A stretch of DNA of 64,000 nt. It comes from Deltaproteobacteria bacterium (lineage in GTDB: Bacteria > Desulfobacterota > GWC2-55-46 > JADFVP01). Positions 15,818 through 23,578 of the stretch are shown here, piece by piece. The stretch spans positions 1,434 through 65,433 of the forward strand of contig JAJCZH010000029.1 in NCBI GenBank assembly GCA_029262515.1. Direction: 5' to 3'. Under the pieces are notes generated by a model. That model was given only the letters and a program-made list of their open reading frames with translations, was not told where the DNA came from and ran no database searches. Made by a program: the position numbers and the translations under genes. Within the stretch, counting starts at the first letter, position 1; each line of letters opens with the position of its first letter.

Positions 15818-16471
15818 TTACTTCTTAAACCTTCTTCTCACAAACCCAAGACCTGCAAGGCCACTTCCGAGAAGGAGGAGGGTTGAGGGTTCTGGGACTG
15901 AGGCAAGAGTAATCGTAGCATCAACTGCCGTCCATCCGTGTTCGGTGTTACCTCCGTTATTTGTAAGCAGAAAGTCAACATGGTTCCCCGCAACTAGATC
16001 AAGGTTGAGCAGAGAGAAAGATGCTGTATCCAAATAGGTAGTAATGTAATCGCTAAACACAACTACACCGTTGATGGCGACATAAACGCGGTTATTAACG
16101 CTTCGGTTGTCAGTCCCAGTGAAAGCTCCTGTCACGTCATAGTTACCCGCCGTTGAAGCGGTCCAGCGCACCACTGGAAAACCATTCGAATTGTCTTTCG
16201 CCCACAAATGCGGACCATAAACAGCCCACTGGTCTGCAATACTCGGACCACCGTGCCCGTAGTTGCCCAGAAACCAACCGTCTGACCAACGTACGTTCAT
16301 AACATCTATCGTGCTAGCAGTCACGGTGGTCGTTCTTCCATAAGTCCAGTCGCCATTTGGGTTGGTAGTAGTCGAGTAGTCGCCTGAGATTGAGGCGGCG
16401 TTTGCGCTCTGAGCCAGAGTAAATCCGAAACAGAGTACCAGGGTTAAAATAGCGATATACATTTTTTTCAT
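15818..16471 (-). CDS. PEP-CTERM sorting-domain secreted protein
   Basis: N-terminal signal peptide. C-terminal 'VPEPSTLLLLGSGLAGLGFVRRRFKK' is the canonical PEP-CTERM exosortase signal (PEP motif, TM helix, Arg cluster). Confidence 0.7.
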   Translation of the reverse strand: MKKMYIAILTLVLCFGFTLAQSANAASISGDYSTTTNPNGDWTYGRTTTVTASTIDVMNVRWSDGWFLGNYGHGGPSIADQWAVYGPHLWAKDNSNGFPVVRWTASTAGNYDVTGAFTGTDNRSVNNRVYVAINGVVVFSDYITTYLDTASFSLLNLDLVAGNHVDFLLTNNGGNTEHGWTAVDATITLASVPEPSTLLLLGSGLAGLGFVRRRFKK

Positions 16472-16849
16472 AATATTCTCCTAAACATCGAATTATATAC
16501 TTATATTAAATTGTACTTGATGGGTTACTTAATTAAAAATGCAAGATGCATGCCACTACCTCTTCGCTGCCGTAACCATCTGTTTTGCTTACTAAAGAGC
16601 GTTAGGTGGCGAACTTAGTGGTTCTATATGGGGCAACAAAGTGTAAAGAAACATAACGAGCGAAATTACATAAAGAGCACAGTTCTCAAATAAGACCTTA
16701 TACTCCAGCAGGTTATGGAGTTTTCAATATGTGTAAAAATATTTGACAATGCTGGAAGAATTTACATAAAAGAGGCTTGTTAGATAGATAAGGAAGCGAT
16801 CGTGCAATATTTCTTTTGGTAATCATGTAGATTGAGCCTACCCTTAAAG

Positions 16850-16874
16850 TGCGTAGTAGTAGGTGTACTACGCA
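16850..16874. promoter_or_regulatory. Perfect 9-bp stem hairpin (tgcgtagta-gtaggtg-tactacgca) about 55 nt downstream of the integrase stop
   Basis: Read directly from the sequence. No T-tail follows, so it may be an operator or arm-type site rather than a terminator. Confidence 0.25.
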
Positions 16875-16928
16875 TCTTACACCCATCCTACAGCAAGCAC
16901 TTCCTACTGATCATGCCCCACCTACCCT

Positions 16929-17993
16929 TCACAGCAAATTGATCTCGTCATGCGTCTCTTCTATCGGTATATGAGCGTAATGCTTTGTCGTTACATCCAC
17001 GCTTGAATGGCCGAGGTACTGGCTCACAAGATAGATGGATACTCCCCTCCGGAGAAGGTGGCTACCGAAAGTCTCACGAAACGTCTGTATGGTGAGCCCC
17101 TCAACATCAATTCCGGCAACCTTGCCTATGGTCTTCAACTTACGGTTCAGGTTATTAGCTCTCGGATCCCCGTCTTTTGTAGGAAAGCACCACTTGCTAT
17201 CAGAATCCATTGCCAGGAACAGCTCACGCAGCTCCCTGTGCAGTGGAATCTTCCTCTCCTGATGATCCTTGATCTCATTCTCTTCTTTGCTCCGTACCAG
17301 CAGGTAGCCCTCATCGAAGTTAATGTCTCTCGGCTCCAGGTGTATTAACTCCCCGAACCTCAGGCCGGCGTAGTAAGCTGTGGCGAAGAGCGGGTAAAAG
17401 TCGGGATCCCGCTTCTTGATTGTTTTGAGCAAGGTGCTTATGTCTTTTAATGAAAGGTCCCTGAAGAGCTTCTTTGTAGGCTTGTCTGCCCGGACTTCCT
17501 TCGCAGGGTTGTCCGGTATATAACCCCTCTTCATGGCATAGCCCAGCACGGCCCTTAACGCCCTCAGGTCTGCACGCGCGCCGCCCGGGGTTTTCTTTCG
17601 TGCTTTTCCACCTTCTTTCTTGGCTCTACTATAAAAGCCCTCTTTTCTCTTATTGTAAAAGATCTCTACGGTATCGATATCTATTTCGGATATAAGCTCG
17701 ATACCCTCGTCTTCACAGAAATCAACAAAGATGCGCTTGCGCGTCCGGTACCATCGTTTTGTCGCTTCTCGAGGCGCTCGCTTCTCAATATATGCATCAA
17801 AAACCTCAGCGACCGACTTTTTTAATATGAGATGTTTGGACCGGTGCTTCTGTCTGCCCTCGAGTTCCTCGTAGTCCCGCAATAGGGCCGAAGCTGCGGC
17901 CTTTGCCGTTACCCTCAAAGATTTCTGAGCAGACACGCCGCCGTCCACATAGCCGACCCACCAGATTTTACCGCGCTTATAGATGTAAGCCAT
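16929..17993 (-). CDS. Tyrosine site-specific integrase (phage integrase family)
   Basis: C-terminal catalytic region '...HLLRRGVSIYLVSQYLGHSSVDVTTKHYAHI' carries the R...H-x-x-R...Y pattern. It lies directly next to the tRNA gene. Confidence 0.85.
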   Translation of the reverse strand: MAYIYKRGKIWWVGYVDGGVSAQKSLRVTAKAAASALLRDYEELEGRQKHRSKHLILKKSVAEVFDAYIEKRAPREATKRWYRTRKRIFVDFCEDEGIELISEIDIDTVEIFYNKRKEGFYSRAKKEGGKARKKTPGGARADLRALRAVLGYAMKRGYIPDNPAKEVRADKPTKKLFRDLSLKDISTLLKTIKKRDPDFYPLFATAYYAGLRFGELIHLEPRDINFDEGYLLVRSKEENEIKDHQERKIPLHRELRELFLAMDSDSKWCFPTKDGDPRANNLNRKLKTIGKVAGIDVEGLTIQTFRETFGSHLLRRGVSIYLVSQYLGHSSVDVTTKHYAHIPIEETHDEINLL

Positions 17994-18140
17994 AAATGTA
18001 AGTCTATTGTAAGTTAGAAAGTGAAACTAAATGAGATTGAGTGAAGTATAGTGAACTTACAGAGAAAAGTCAAGAGGGGTGCTTAATGTAAAAACCCCTT
18101 GATAATACTAAAAAATTAGCATTACCAAGGGGTTATATTA

Positions 18141-18217
18141 TGGCTCCCGGGGAGGGATTCGAACCCCCGACAAGGTGATTAACAGTCACCCGCTCTGCCA
18201 GCTGAGCTACCCGGGAA
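18141..18217 (-). tRNA. tRNA-Asn (anticodon GTT)
   Basis: Reverse complement 'TCCCGGGTAGCTCAGCTGGCAGAGCGGGTGACTGTTAATCACC...GGTTCGAATCCCTCCCCGGGAGCCA'. 7-bp acceptor stem, anticodon loop 'CTGTTAA', T-loop 'GGTTCGAATCC', 3' CCA. Confidence 0.8.
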
Positions 18218-18394
18218 TAGCAAGCAATAGGCTAAAATGTTAAGGAGACATATTATACTTACGAGTACTTCAAGTCAAGAATTTTATAGCACCTTTACGA
18301 AGCATCGTTAGAGTATCGGTTGCAAAGAGAGGGGACTTGATGCCATTTCCGCTCTTTTTTCCAGACTCGTCACGCCCTCTTATACTGCCAAACC

Positions 18395-18919
18395 CTATTT
18401 CCAGATTCCGACCCCGGCCTGCTTCGCTTTATCCTCCAGACCTAGCAGCTCTTCTCGTTTCTCCGTGCCGCATGGCGGTATCAAGAGCGTTTTCGCAAAG
18501 CCCTCTTCGAGCAATAGCCCGTTAACGAAAAATCCGTCCACATAGACCCAGCCGAGTGTCCTTCCGTACTTGTCCTTCGGCTCCCCTCTACAGACTCGCA
18601 ACTCGATCTCTTTACCCTTTACAAGCTCGGCATTTCTCTCTCTTGCGGCCTCATATAACGGCTCGCCGCGCTCAGGCGTATCTATTCCTATATACCTTAC
18701 TATCAGACCGCCGGAGGTCCTTACGGTATCGCCATCATATACAAAAGCCACGGTCTGCTTACCGCCCTCTTCGGGTTTCATCGCCGTGGCCATGCCCTCT
18801 GCCAGATCGAAAGGCGCTGCAACAAAGAGCGTAACAAACAGCACAAACGTACCCATAACGATTGCAAAGAGCGCTCTACTCCCACGGATTCTTCTTATCA
18901 TAAATATAATTGGAAGCAC
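18395..18919 (-). CDS. Thermonuclease (staphylococcal nuclease, SNase-like) family protein with an N-terminal membrane anchor
   Basis: 'VYDGDTV...YIGIDTPE' matches the SNase catalytic core. Confidence 0.7.
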   Translation of the reverse strand: MLPIIFMIRRIRGSRALFAIVMGTFVLFVTLFVAAPFDLAEGMATAMKPEEGGKQTVAFVYDGDTVRTSGGLIVRYIGIDTPERGEPLYEAARERNAELVKGKEIELRVCRGEPKDKYGRTLGWVYVDGFFVNGLLLEEGFAKTLLIPPCGTEKREELLGLEDKAKQAGVGIWK

Positions 18920-18926
18920 AAAAAGC

Positions 18927-19487
18927 CTACCATTTTTCCCTGAATTTATGCAACTTATCCTCCAAGGTGACTATCTCTTTCTTGATACTCACACAATCTA
19001 TCTTCTCGCTCTCAAGCGCCTCCCTTATCTCCTTGAGCTTGGTCATGGAAAGGCTTGAGAGCTTATTATACTCTATGCTCATCTGCTCGAACTCGGAAAG
19101 GAATTTATTGGCGGAAGCAACGAAATTTCTTATATGGAGGTCGTCCTTGTTCCGTACCGTCAACCTTCTGTCGTACTCGCCTCCGGCGATTCTCTTCATC
19201 TCATACTCAAGCCTTCTGAACGGCCCTATGAGGCGATGGGCGAAAAAGAGCGCGAGCAGAACTACGATTGCGATATAACCGACTATTAGCAGCACACCGA
19301 GCACCGGGGTAGCAAAACCGAAGTGTGTTGTCAGGGCCTTGGAAATGGACTGGAGCACCAGGCCGCCCAAGAGCGCAAGCACGGCCAGCACAGCAATACT
19401 CAATTGCAACTCTCTGGCCGCGAACGACTTGTGACGCAACGGTTTGCCCGATTCGCTCTTGTTCTTTACAGGCTTCGGCTCGGTCAT
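18927..19487 (-). CDS. Membrane protein with a HAMP-like and coiled-coil region
   Basis: Two TM helices followed by a 'HRLIGPFRRLEYEMKRIAGGEY' amphipathic segment. Confidence 0.45.
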   Translation of the reverse strand: MTEPKPVKNKSESGKPLRHKSFAARELQLSIAVLAVLALLGGLVLQSISKALTTHFGFATPVLGVLLIVGYIAIVVLLALFFAHRLIGPFRRLEYEMKRIAGGEYDRRLTVRNKDDLHIRNFVASANKFLSEFEQMSIEYNKLSSLSMTKLKEIREALESEKIDCVSIKKEIVTLEDKLHKFREKW

Positions 19488-19567
19488 ATACCCGGACTCC
19501 CTCTGTCTTGTACGACATAATGCTTACACATGACACATGATCGATTATCACAATACTGCGAATTGCC

Positions 19568-19596
19568 TTGACTCTTTTTCGTGCTAAAATTACTAT
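19568..19596 (+). promoter_or_regulatory. Sigma70-like promoter (TTGACT, 17-bp spacer, TACTAT) upstream of the AbrB-like gene
   Basis: Hexamers read directly from the sequence. RBS 'ggaaaggga' before the ATG at 19704. Confidence 0.35.
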
Positions 19597-19703
19597 ATCT
19601 AATAGGAACCGTCTACCGAGTGGCAATATGGAAGATCTGTTCCGGGTGCGTAAAAAGCCTTCTTATACTATAATACTACAAGTAGCGGAAAGGGAACACC
19701 TTT

Positions 19704-19904
19704 ATGAAGACAAGCATTATCAATATAGAGCGGGGCAAAGCCGGCATAACTCTACCAGAAGACTTTCTGATGGAGCTGGAACTGATTCCCGGCGCCGAAG
19801 TCGAGATCAAACTCGACAAGAGCAAGAAGTGGATCGTCATACGCCCCCTGCATGGCGAAGACTTTATCGACCACTTCAAAGACTCTATGGAAAGCATGGC
19901 ATGA
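19704..19904 (+). CDS. AbrB/MazE-family (swapped-hairpin) small DNA-binding protein
   Basis: 'ERGKAGITLPEDFLMELELIPGAEVEI' resembles the SpoVT/AbrB fold. 66 aa. Confidence 0.45.
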   Translation: MKTSIINIERGKAGITLPEDFLMELELIPGAEVEIKLDKSKKWIVIRPLHGEDFIDHFKDSMESMA

Positions 19905-20335
19905 AGATATTTCGACTGCCTCAACTGGCAGAACTGGACCCTAAAAAGAGTGTGGTACTCGGCAAAACAGAGCTCGGCGCAGAGAACGTCGGGCTTAAGT
20001 ACCAGAGCCTCTCGCCAAAGGAACGTGCATGTATAGAAAAGAGTTCCAAGGGTAGAGAGGAAATCATCTACATTGTAAAGGGGTCTCTTCAGGTAGAGGT
20101 CAAGAGGAGCAACTTTGCGGTAAGCGCCGGCGAGGCTTTTTACTCCGAAAAGGAGATGATGCTCGATAACAGGTCAGACACAGAAGCCGCCTTCCTTACT
20201 GCCTCTGCACCTGCCACCACATACAGCTCAGCGAACGGCAAAGCTGTCTCATCGACACCGAACATCAATAATAACGGTGAGGCTAAAAACAGCCCTGTAA
20301 CCGGGAGAGATAAAAAAGATCCGAGCCCTGCGTAG
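19901..20335 (+). CDS. Cupin-domain protein. Start at 19901 overlaps the upstream stop; the ORF-track frame 19568.. is an artificial N-terminal extension.
   Basis: 'GAENVGLKY...EEIIYIVKGSLQVEV...VSAGEAFY' is a cupin beta-barrel pattern. Confidence 0.4.
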   Translation: MKIFRLPQLAELDPKKSVVLGKTELGAENVGLKYQSLSPKERACIEKSSKGREEIIYIVKGSLQVEVKRSNFAVSAGEAFYSEKEMMLDNRSDTEAAFLTASAPATTYSSANGKAVSSTPNINNNGEAKNSPVTGRDKKDPSPA

Positions 20336-20432
20336 AGCCATTCTGCCCTGCCGGTAAAAAAAATAAAGGACTGCACCAGTTACACCGGATACAGGCCGAA
20401 GAGCGCAATACTTAACGCTACTTACACAAGAG

Positions 20433-21305
20433 TTATGCCCCTGCGATTATCTTGGGCACGCTCACCTCCTGGCTTATAGCCATAATATGAGCACCATCGC
20501 AAAAAGCCTTCAACTCGCGCACCTGCCTCGATGCTATCTCTATTCCCTTCTCCAGCTCATCGGTCGCGCCTTCGAGCTGCTCGATCAGATGGGGCGGAAC
20601 ATCTACGCCCGGAACATTCTTATTGAGGAAGTGCGCCATCTTGGCCGACTTCAAAAGGAGTATACCACCGAGTATCTTTATTCCTGGCCTCTTCACTCCC
20701 TCAAAAAAACGTTTGAACTTATCCATATCATAGATAGCCTGACTCTGAAAAAATGTGGCCCCTGCGGCTATCTTCTTTTCAAACTTGATCTCTTCCGGCT
20801 CCCATGGGTCGGCGTCGGGTGAGACTACCGCACCGAGATGCAGCGCCGTGCCGCCGCGAAGCGCCGTACCGTTGAGGTTAACACCGGAGTTGAGCGTATT
20901 GGCCGTATGAACCAGCTGTATGGCGTCGAGGTCGAAGACCGGTTTTGCGCCCCTGTGGTCTCCGCACGAAACATGGTCTCCGGTCAAGAGCAGCACGTTC
21001 TTTATACCTAGAACCGATGCGCCGAGAAGATCGGATTGAATTGCGATACGGTTGCGGTCCCGGCACGTAAGCTGAAATACCGGCTCGACCCCCGCCCTCA
21101 GCAGCAGCGTCGAGGCGGCCAGAGACGAAAGGCGCATTACGGCACGCTGATTATCGGTGACGTTAGCAGCGACTATACACTCTTTCAGCAGCTCCGCCTT
21201 CTTAAGAAAATTCTTTACATCGGTGCCGCGCGGCGGACAGATCTCCGCCGTTATAGCGAACTCTCCGTTCTCGAGACACTCTTGCAGCTGACTCTTCTCA
21301 TCCAT
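20433..21305 (-). CDS. metF: 5,10-methylenetetrahydrofolate reductase
   Basis: 'FAITAEICPPRG', 'LTCRDRNRIAIQSDL', 'GIKNVLLLTGD' are conserved MTHFR blocks. Confidence 0.75.
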   Translation of the reverse strand: MDEKSQLQECLENGEFAITAEICPPRGTDVKNFLKKAELLKECIVAANVTDNQRAVMRLSSLAASTLLLRAGVEPVFQLTCRDRNRIAIQSDLLGASVLGIKNVLLLTGDHVSCGDHRGAKPVFDLDAIQLVHTANTLNSGVNLNGTALRGGTALHLGAVVSPDADPWEPEEIKFEKKIAAGATFFQSQAIYDMDKFKRFFEGVKRPGIKILGGILLLKSAKMAHFLNKNVPGVDVPPHLIEQLEGATDELEKGIEIASRQVRELKAFCDGAHIMAISQEVSVPKIIAGA

Positions 21306-22007
21306 TTATTTCTTCACCAAAGAGTTTATAACCGACTCGAATAACCCGCACCCGTCAACAGAACCGAGTTCCGGCTCGCAAGCCCGTTCCGGGTGAGGCA
21401 TCATGCCCATAACGTTACCTTCGCTGTTTATTATCCCGGCAATACCATTTACCGACCCATTGGGGTTTGCCTCTTCCGTAACTTCACCCTCGGGAGTCGA
21501 ATACCTGAAGAGCACACGGGAACCTTCCTCCAGCTCCTTTACGGTCTCGGCGTTTGCATAATAACTGCCGTCGGCATGGGCGATCGGAATTCGCACTGCC
21601 CCTTCGGAAGCGTAGGAGCTTGTAAAGCGTGTCTCTCTATTATCCACGATAAGCGGAACAGTCTCGCAGATAAACTTTAAACCCCGGTTTCTCATCAGCA
21701 CGCCAGGCAGAAGACCTACTTCGGTCAAGACCTGAAACCCGTTGCAGATGCCTATTACGATTCCACCGGCCTCGGCAAACTTAACGACCGCATCCATTAC
21801 CGGAGAGAAGCGGGCTATCGCTCCCGTACGAAGATAATCGCCGTACGAAAAACCGCCGGGCAGAACGATACAGTCGAACCCGTCGAGTTTCTCCGACTTA
21901 TGCCACACATACTCTACTGGCTGATTGAAGACGTGCTTTAAGACATGGTAACAGTCGTGGTCGCAGTTGGACCCGGGAAAGACAATAATTCCGAACTTCA
22001 TAGACAA
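21306..22007 (-). CDS. purQ: Phosphoribosylformylglycinamidine synthase, glutaminase subunit
   Basis: '[19 protein letters not shown]', 'GICNGFQVL', 'MMPHPER'. Confidence 0.85.
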   Translation of the reverse strand: MSMKFGIIVFPGSNCDHDCYHVLKHVFNQPVEYVWHKSEKLDGFDCIVLPGGFSYGDYLRTGAIARFSPVMDAVVKFAEAGGIVIGICNGFQVLTEVGLLPGVLMRNRGLKFICETVPLIVDNRETRFTSSYASEGAVRIPIAHADGSYYANAETVKELEEGSRVLFRYSTPEGEVTEEANPNGSVNGIAGIINSEGNVMGMMPHPERACEPELGSVDGCGLFESVINSLVKK

Positions 22008-22046
22008 GACCTTTATCCTATTACATGAGAGAGTTAGAAGAACGGC

Positions 22047-22286
22047 TTATTCAAACTCTACCCTGTAGTTCTCTATTACGGTATTGGCAAGCAACTTCTC
22101 GCACATATCCTTCACCCGGCGCTCTTCTGCCTCCTTGGAGTCTGCGTCGAGCTCTATCTCCATAAACTTGCCGATACGCACGTCGCTCACTTCAGAGAAC
22201 CTCATCGACTTTAACGCGCCCATAACGGCTGAGCCCTGCGGGTCGAGCACTCCCTCTTTAAGCGTTACGTAGACCTTTGCCTTCAT
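22047..22286 (-). CDS. purS: Phosphoribosylformylglycinamidine synthase subunit PurS
   Basis: 79 aa 'KVYVTLKEGVLDPQG...' between purC and purQ. Confidence 0.8.
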   Translation of the reverse strand: MKAKVYVTLKEGVLDPQGSAVMGALKSMRFSEVSDVRIGKFMEIELDADSKEAEERRVKDMCEKLLANTVIENYRVEFE

Positions 22287-23011
22287 TTCATCACCCGGTC
22301 CATGACCTCTTTATATGACTCCTCAACCTTGCCGAGATCACGGCGGAAACGGTCCTTGTCGAGCTTCTCGCCTGTCTCCTTGTCCCAGAGACGGCATGTG
22401 TCGGGACTGATCTCGTCACCGAGCAGCAGTTGCCCCTGATGAAGTCCAAACTCAAGTTTAAAGTCCACAAGCAGCAAACCGCGCTCGTCAAAGAAGCTCC
22501 AGAGCAGGTTGTTTATCCTCTGTGCCTCTACCTCCATTACGCGGATATGTTCGAGGTCTGCGATCTTAAACGAGTTGACGTGGAACCTGTTTATCATAGG
22601 GTCCCCTAAGGAATCGTCCTTATAGTAGAGCTCGACAACCGGATCATCAAGTTCCGTACCCTCTTCCTTGCCCATCCGCTTGGCAAGAGAACCGGCCACG
22701 ACGTTACGAACGACCACCTCTACAGGTATTATTGCGAGCTTCTTTACGAGTTGATCATTTTCATTAAGAGTCGCGATATAGTGGGTCTTGATCCCGCTCT
22801 CATTAAGAAAGAAGAAGATACGCGCTGAAATCTGGTTGTTCATAGCGCCTTTGTTGGCTATTTCACCCTTCTTCTCACCGTTAAAAGCGGTAGCGTCATC
22901 CTTAAAATGCTGTATGACAAGTTCGGCCTCGTCGGTTGCGTAGATAGACTTCGCCTTGCCTTCATAAAGCATCTTCAACCTGTTCACACGCGTCAAATGT
23001 TTTACACTCAT
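22283..23011 (-). CDS. purC: SAICAR synthetase (possible start at internal 'MLYEGKAKSIY', 22972)
   Basis: 'LYEGKAKSIY', 'IPVEVVVRN', 'LVDFKLEFG' motifs. Confidence 0.85.
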   Translation of the reverse strand: MSVKHLTRVNRLKMLYEGKAKSIYATDEAELVIQHFKDDATAFNGEKKGEIANKGAMNNQISARIFFFLNESGIKTHYIATLNENDQLVKKLAIIPVEVVVRNVVAGSLAKRMGKEEGTELDDPVVELYYKDDSLGDPMINRFHVNSFKIADLEHIRVMEVEAQRINNLLWSFFDERGLLLVDFKLEFGLHQGQLLLGDEISPDTCRLWDKETGEKLDKDRFRRDLGKVEESYKEVMDRVMK

Positions 23012-23093
23012 TTCATCTCTCCGTCTTTTACTCTTTACTTAGTTTACTATCTAAATACGGACACTCTATAACGTATAAACTAAACAGCGCCGG

Positions 23094-23489
23094 TTAACCC
23101 TTGTAGTACTGTTTAAACTCATCTGACGGTTCACGATCGGAATAGATATAAACAGAATTCCCAATCGGGTCAATTACGGAAAACCCTCTATCTCCCCAAG
23201 GGTGATCCTCAAGCGGCATTGCGGTATTCAAACCGGCCTTACACAGCCTGGCATGCTCAGCGTCCACATCATCCACCTTGAAGTTGAGCATAACTCCTGC
23301 TCCGCTAAATGTAGCCATACCATCTTGCGGCTGCATGAACGCAACTACCGGCCCATCTTCATTAATACATAAACTGACATACCAGCCGCAATCGAAAACA
23401 GCCTTTGCCGAGAAATAACGTTGATAGAACTCACGACAGGCATCCACGTCATTTGTGCAAAAGCATGTAGACAGTTCAATGGTCTTCAT
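23094..23489 (-). CDS. Glyoxalase/bleomycin-resistance (VOC) family protein. ORF-track frame extends to 23525.
   Basis: Small βαβββ-type composition, 'HPWGDRGFSVIDPIGNSV'. Confidence 0.5.
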   Translation of the reverse strand: MKTIELSTCFCTNDVDACREFYQRYFSAKAVFDCGWYVSLCINEDGPVVAFMQPQDGMATFSGAGVMLNFKVDDVDAEHARLCKAGLNTAMPLEDHPWGDRGFSVIDPIGNSVYIYSDREPSDEFKQYYKG

Positions 23490-23578
23490 GGTCTCTCCCT
23501 GTGCAGGGCATATACCCAACACCATTTATAAACTATTAAACCCCAAACCAGCTGCACCCAATTGCCTGACCAGACCGC

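Larger units (their letters stand above)
1..18217. mobile_element. Integrated mobile element (satellite-like / defense island) at tRNA-Asn. The right end with the integrase is in the window; the left end is outside it.
   Basis: A tyrosine integrase lies immediately next to the tRNA-Asn 3' end. A primase, a serine recombinase, CI/LexA-like repressors and an excisionase-like HTH gene are present. Genes are short, tightly packed and overlapping (ATGA/TGATG couplings). A low-GC cargo block is present. No virion structural genes are seen. Confidence 0.6.

Noticed and set aside
1-16900. attL direct repeat of the tRNA-Asn 3' end
   Set aside because: I looked for 'gggattcgaacccc'-type matches to the tRNA 3' half on both strands. 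Only the generic T-loop-like fragment at about 3700 was found. The left end of the element is presumably outside the window.
19568-19900. N-terminal 111 codons of ORF-track entry 19568..20335
   Set aside because: This is a read-through in the frame of the cupin gene across the promoter and the AbrB-like gene. A promoter (TTGACT/TACTAT) sits inside it and the AbrB-like ORF occupies another frame. The real start is the ATG at 19901, overlapping the upstream stop.
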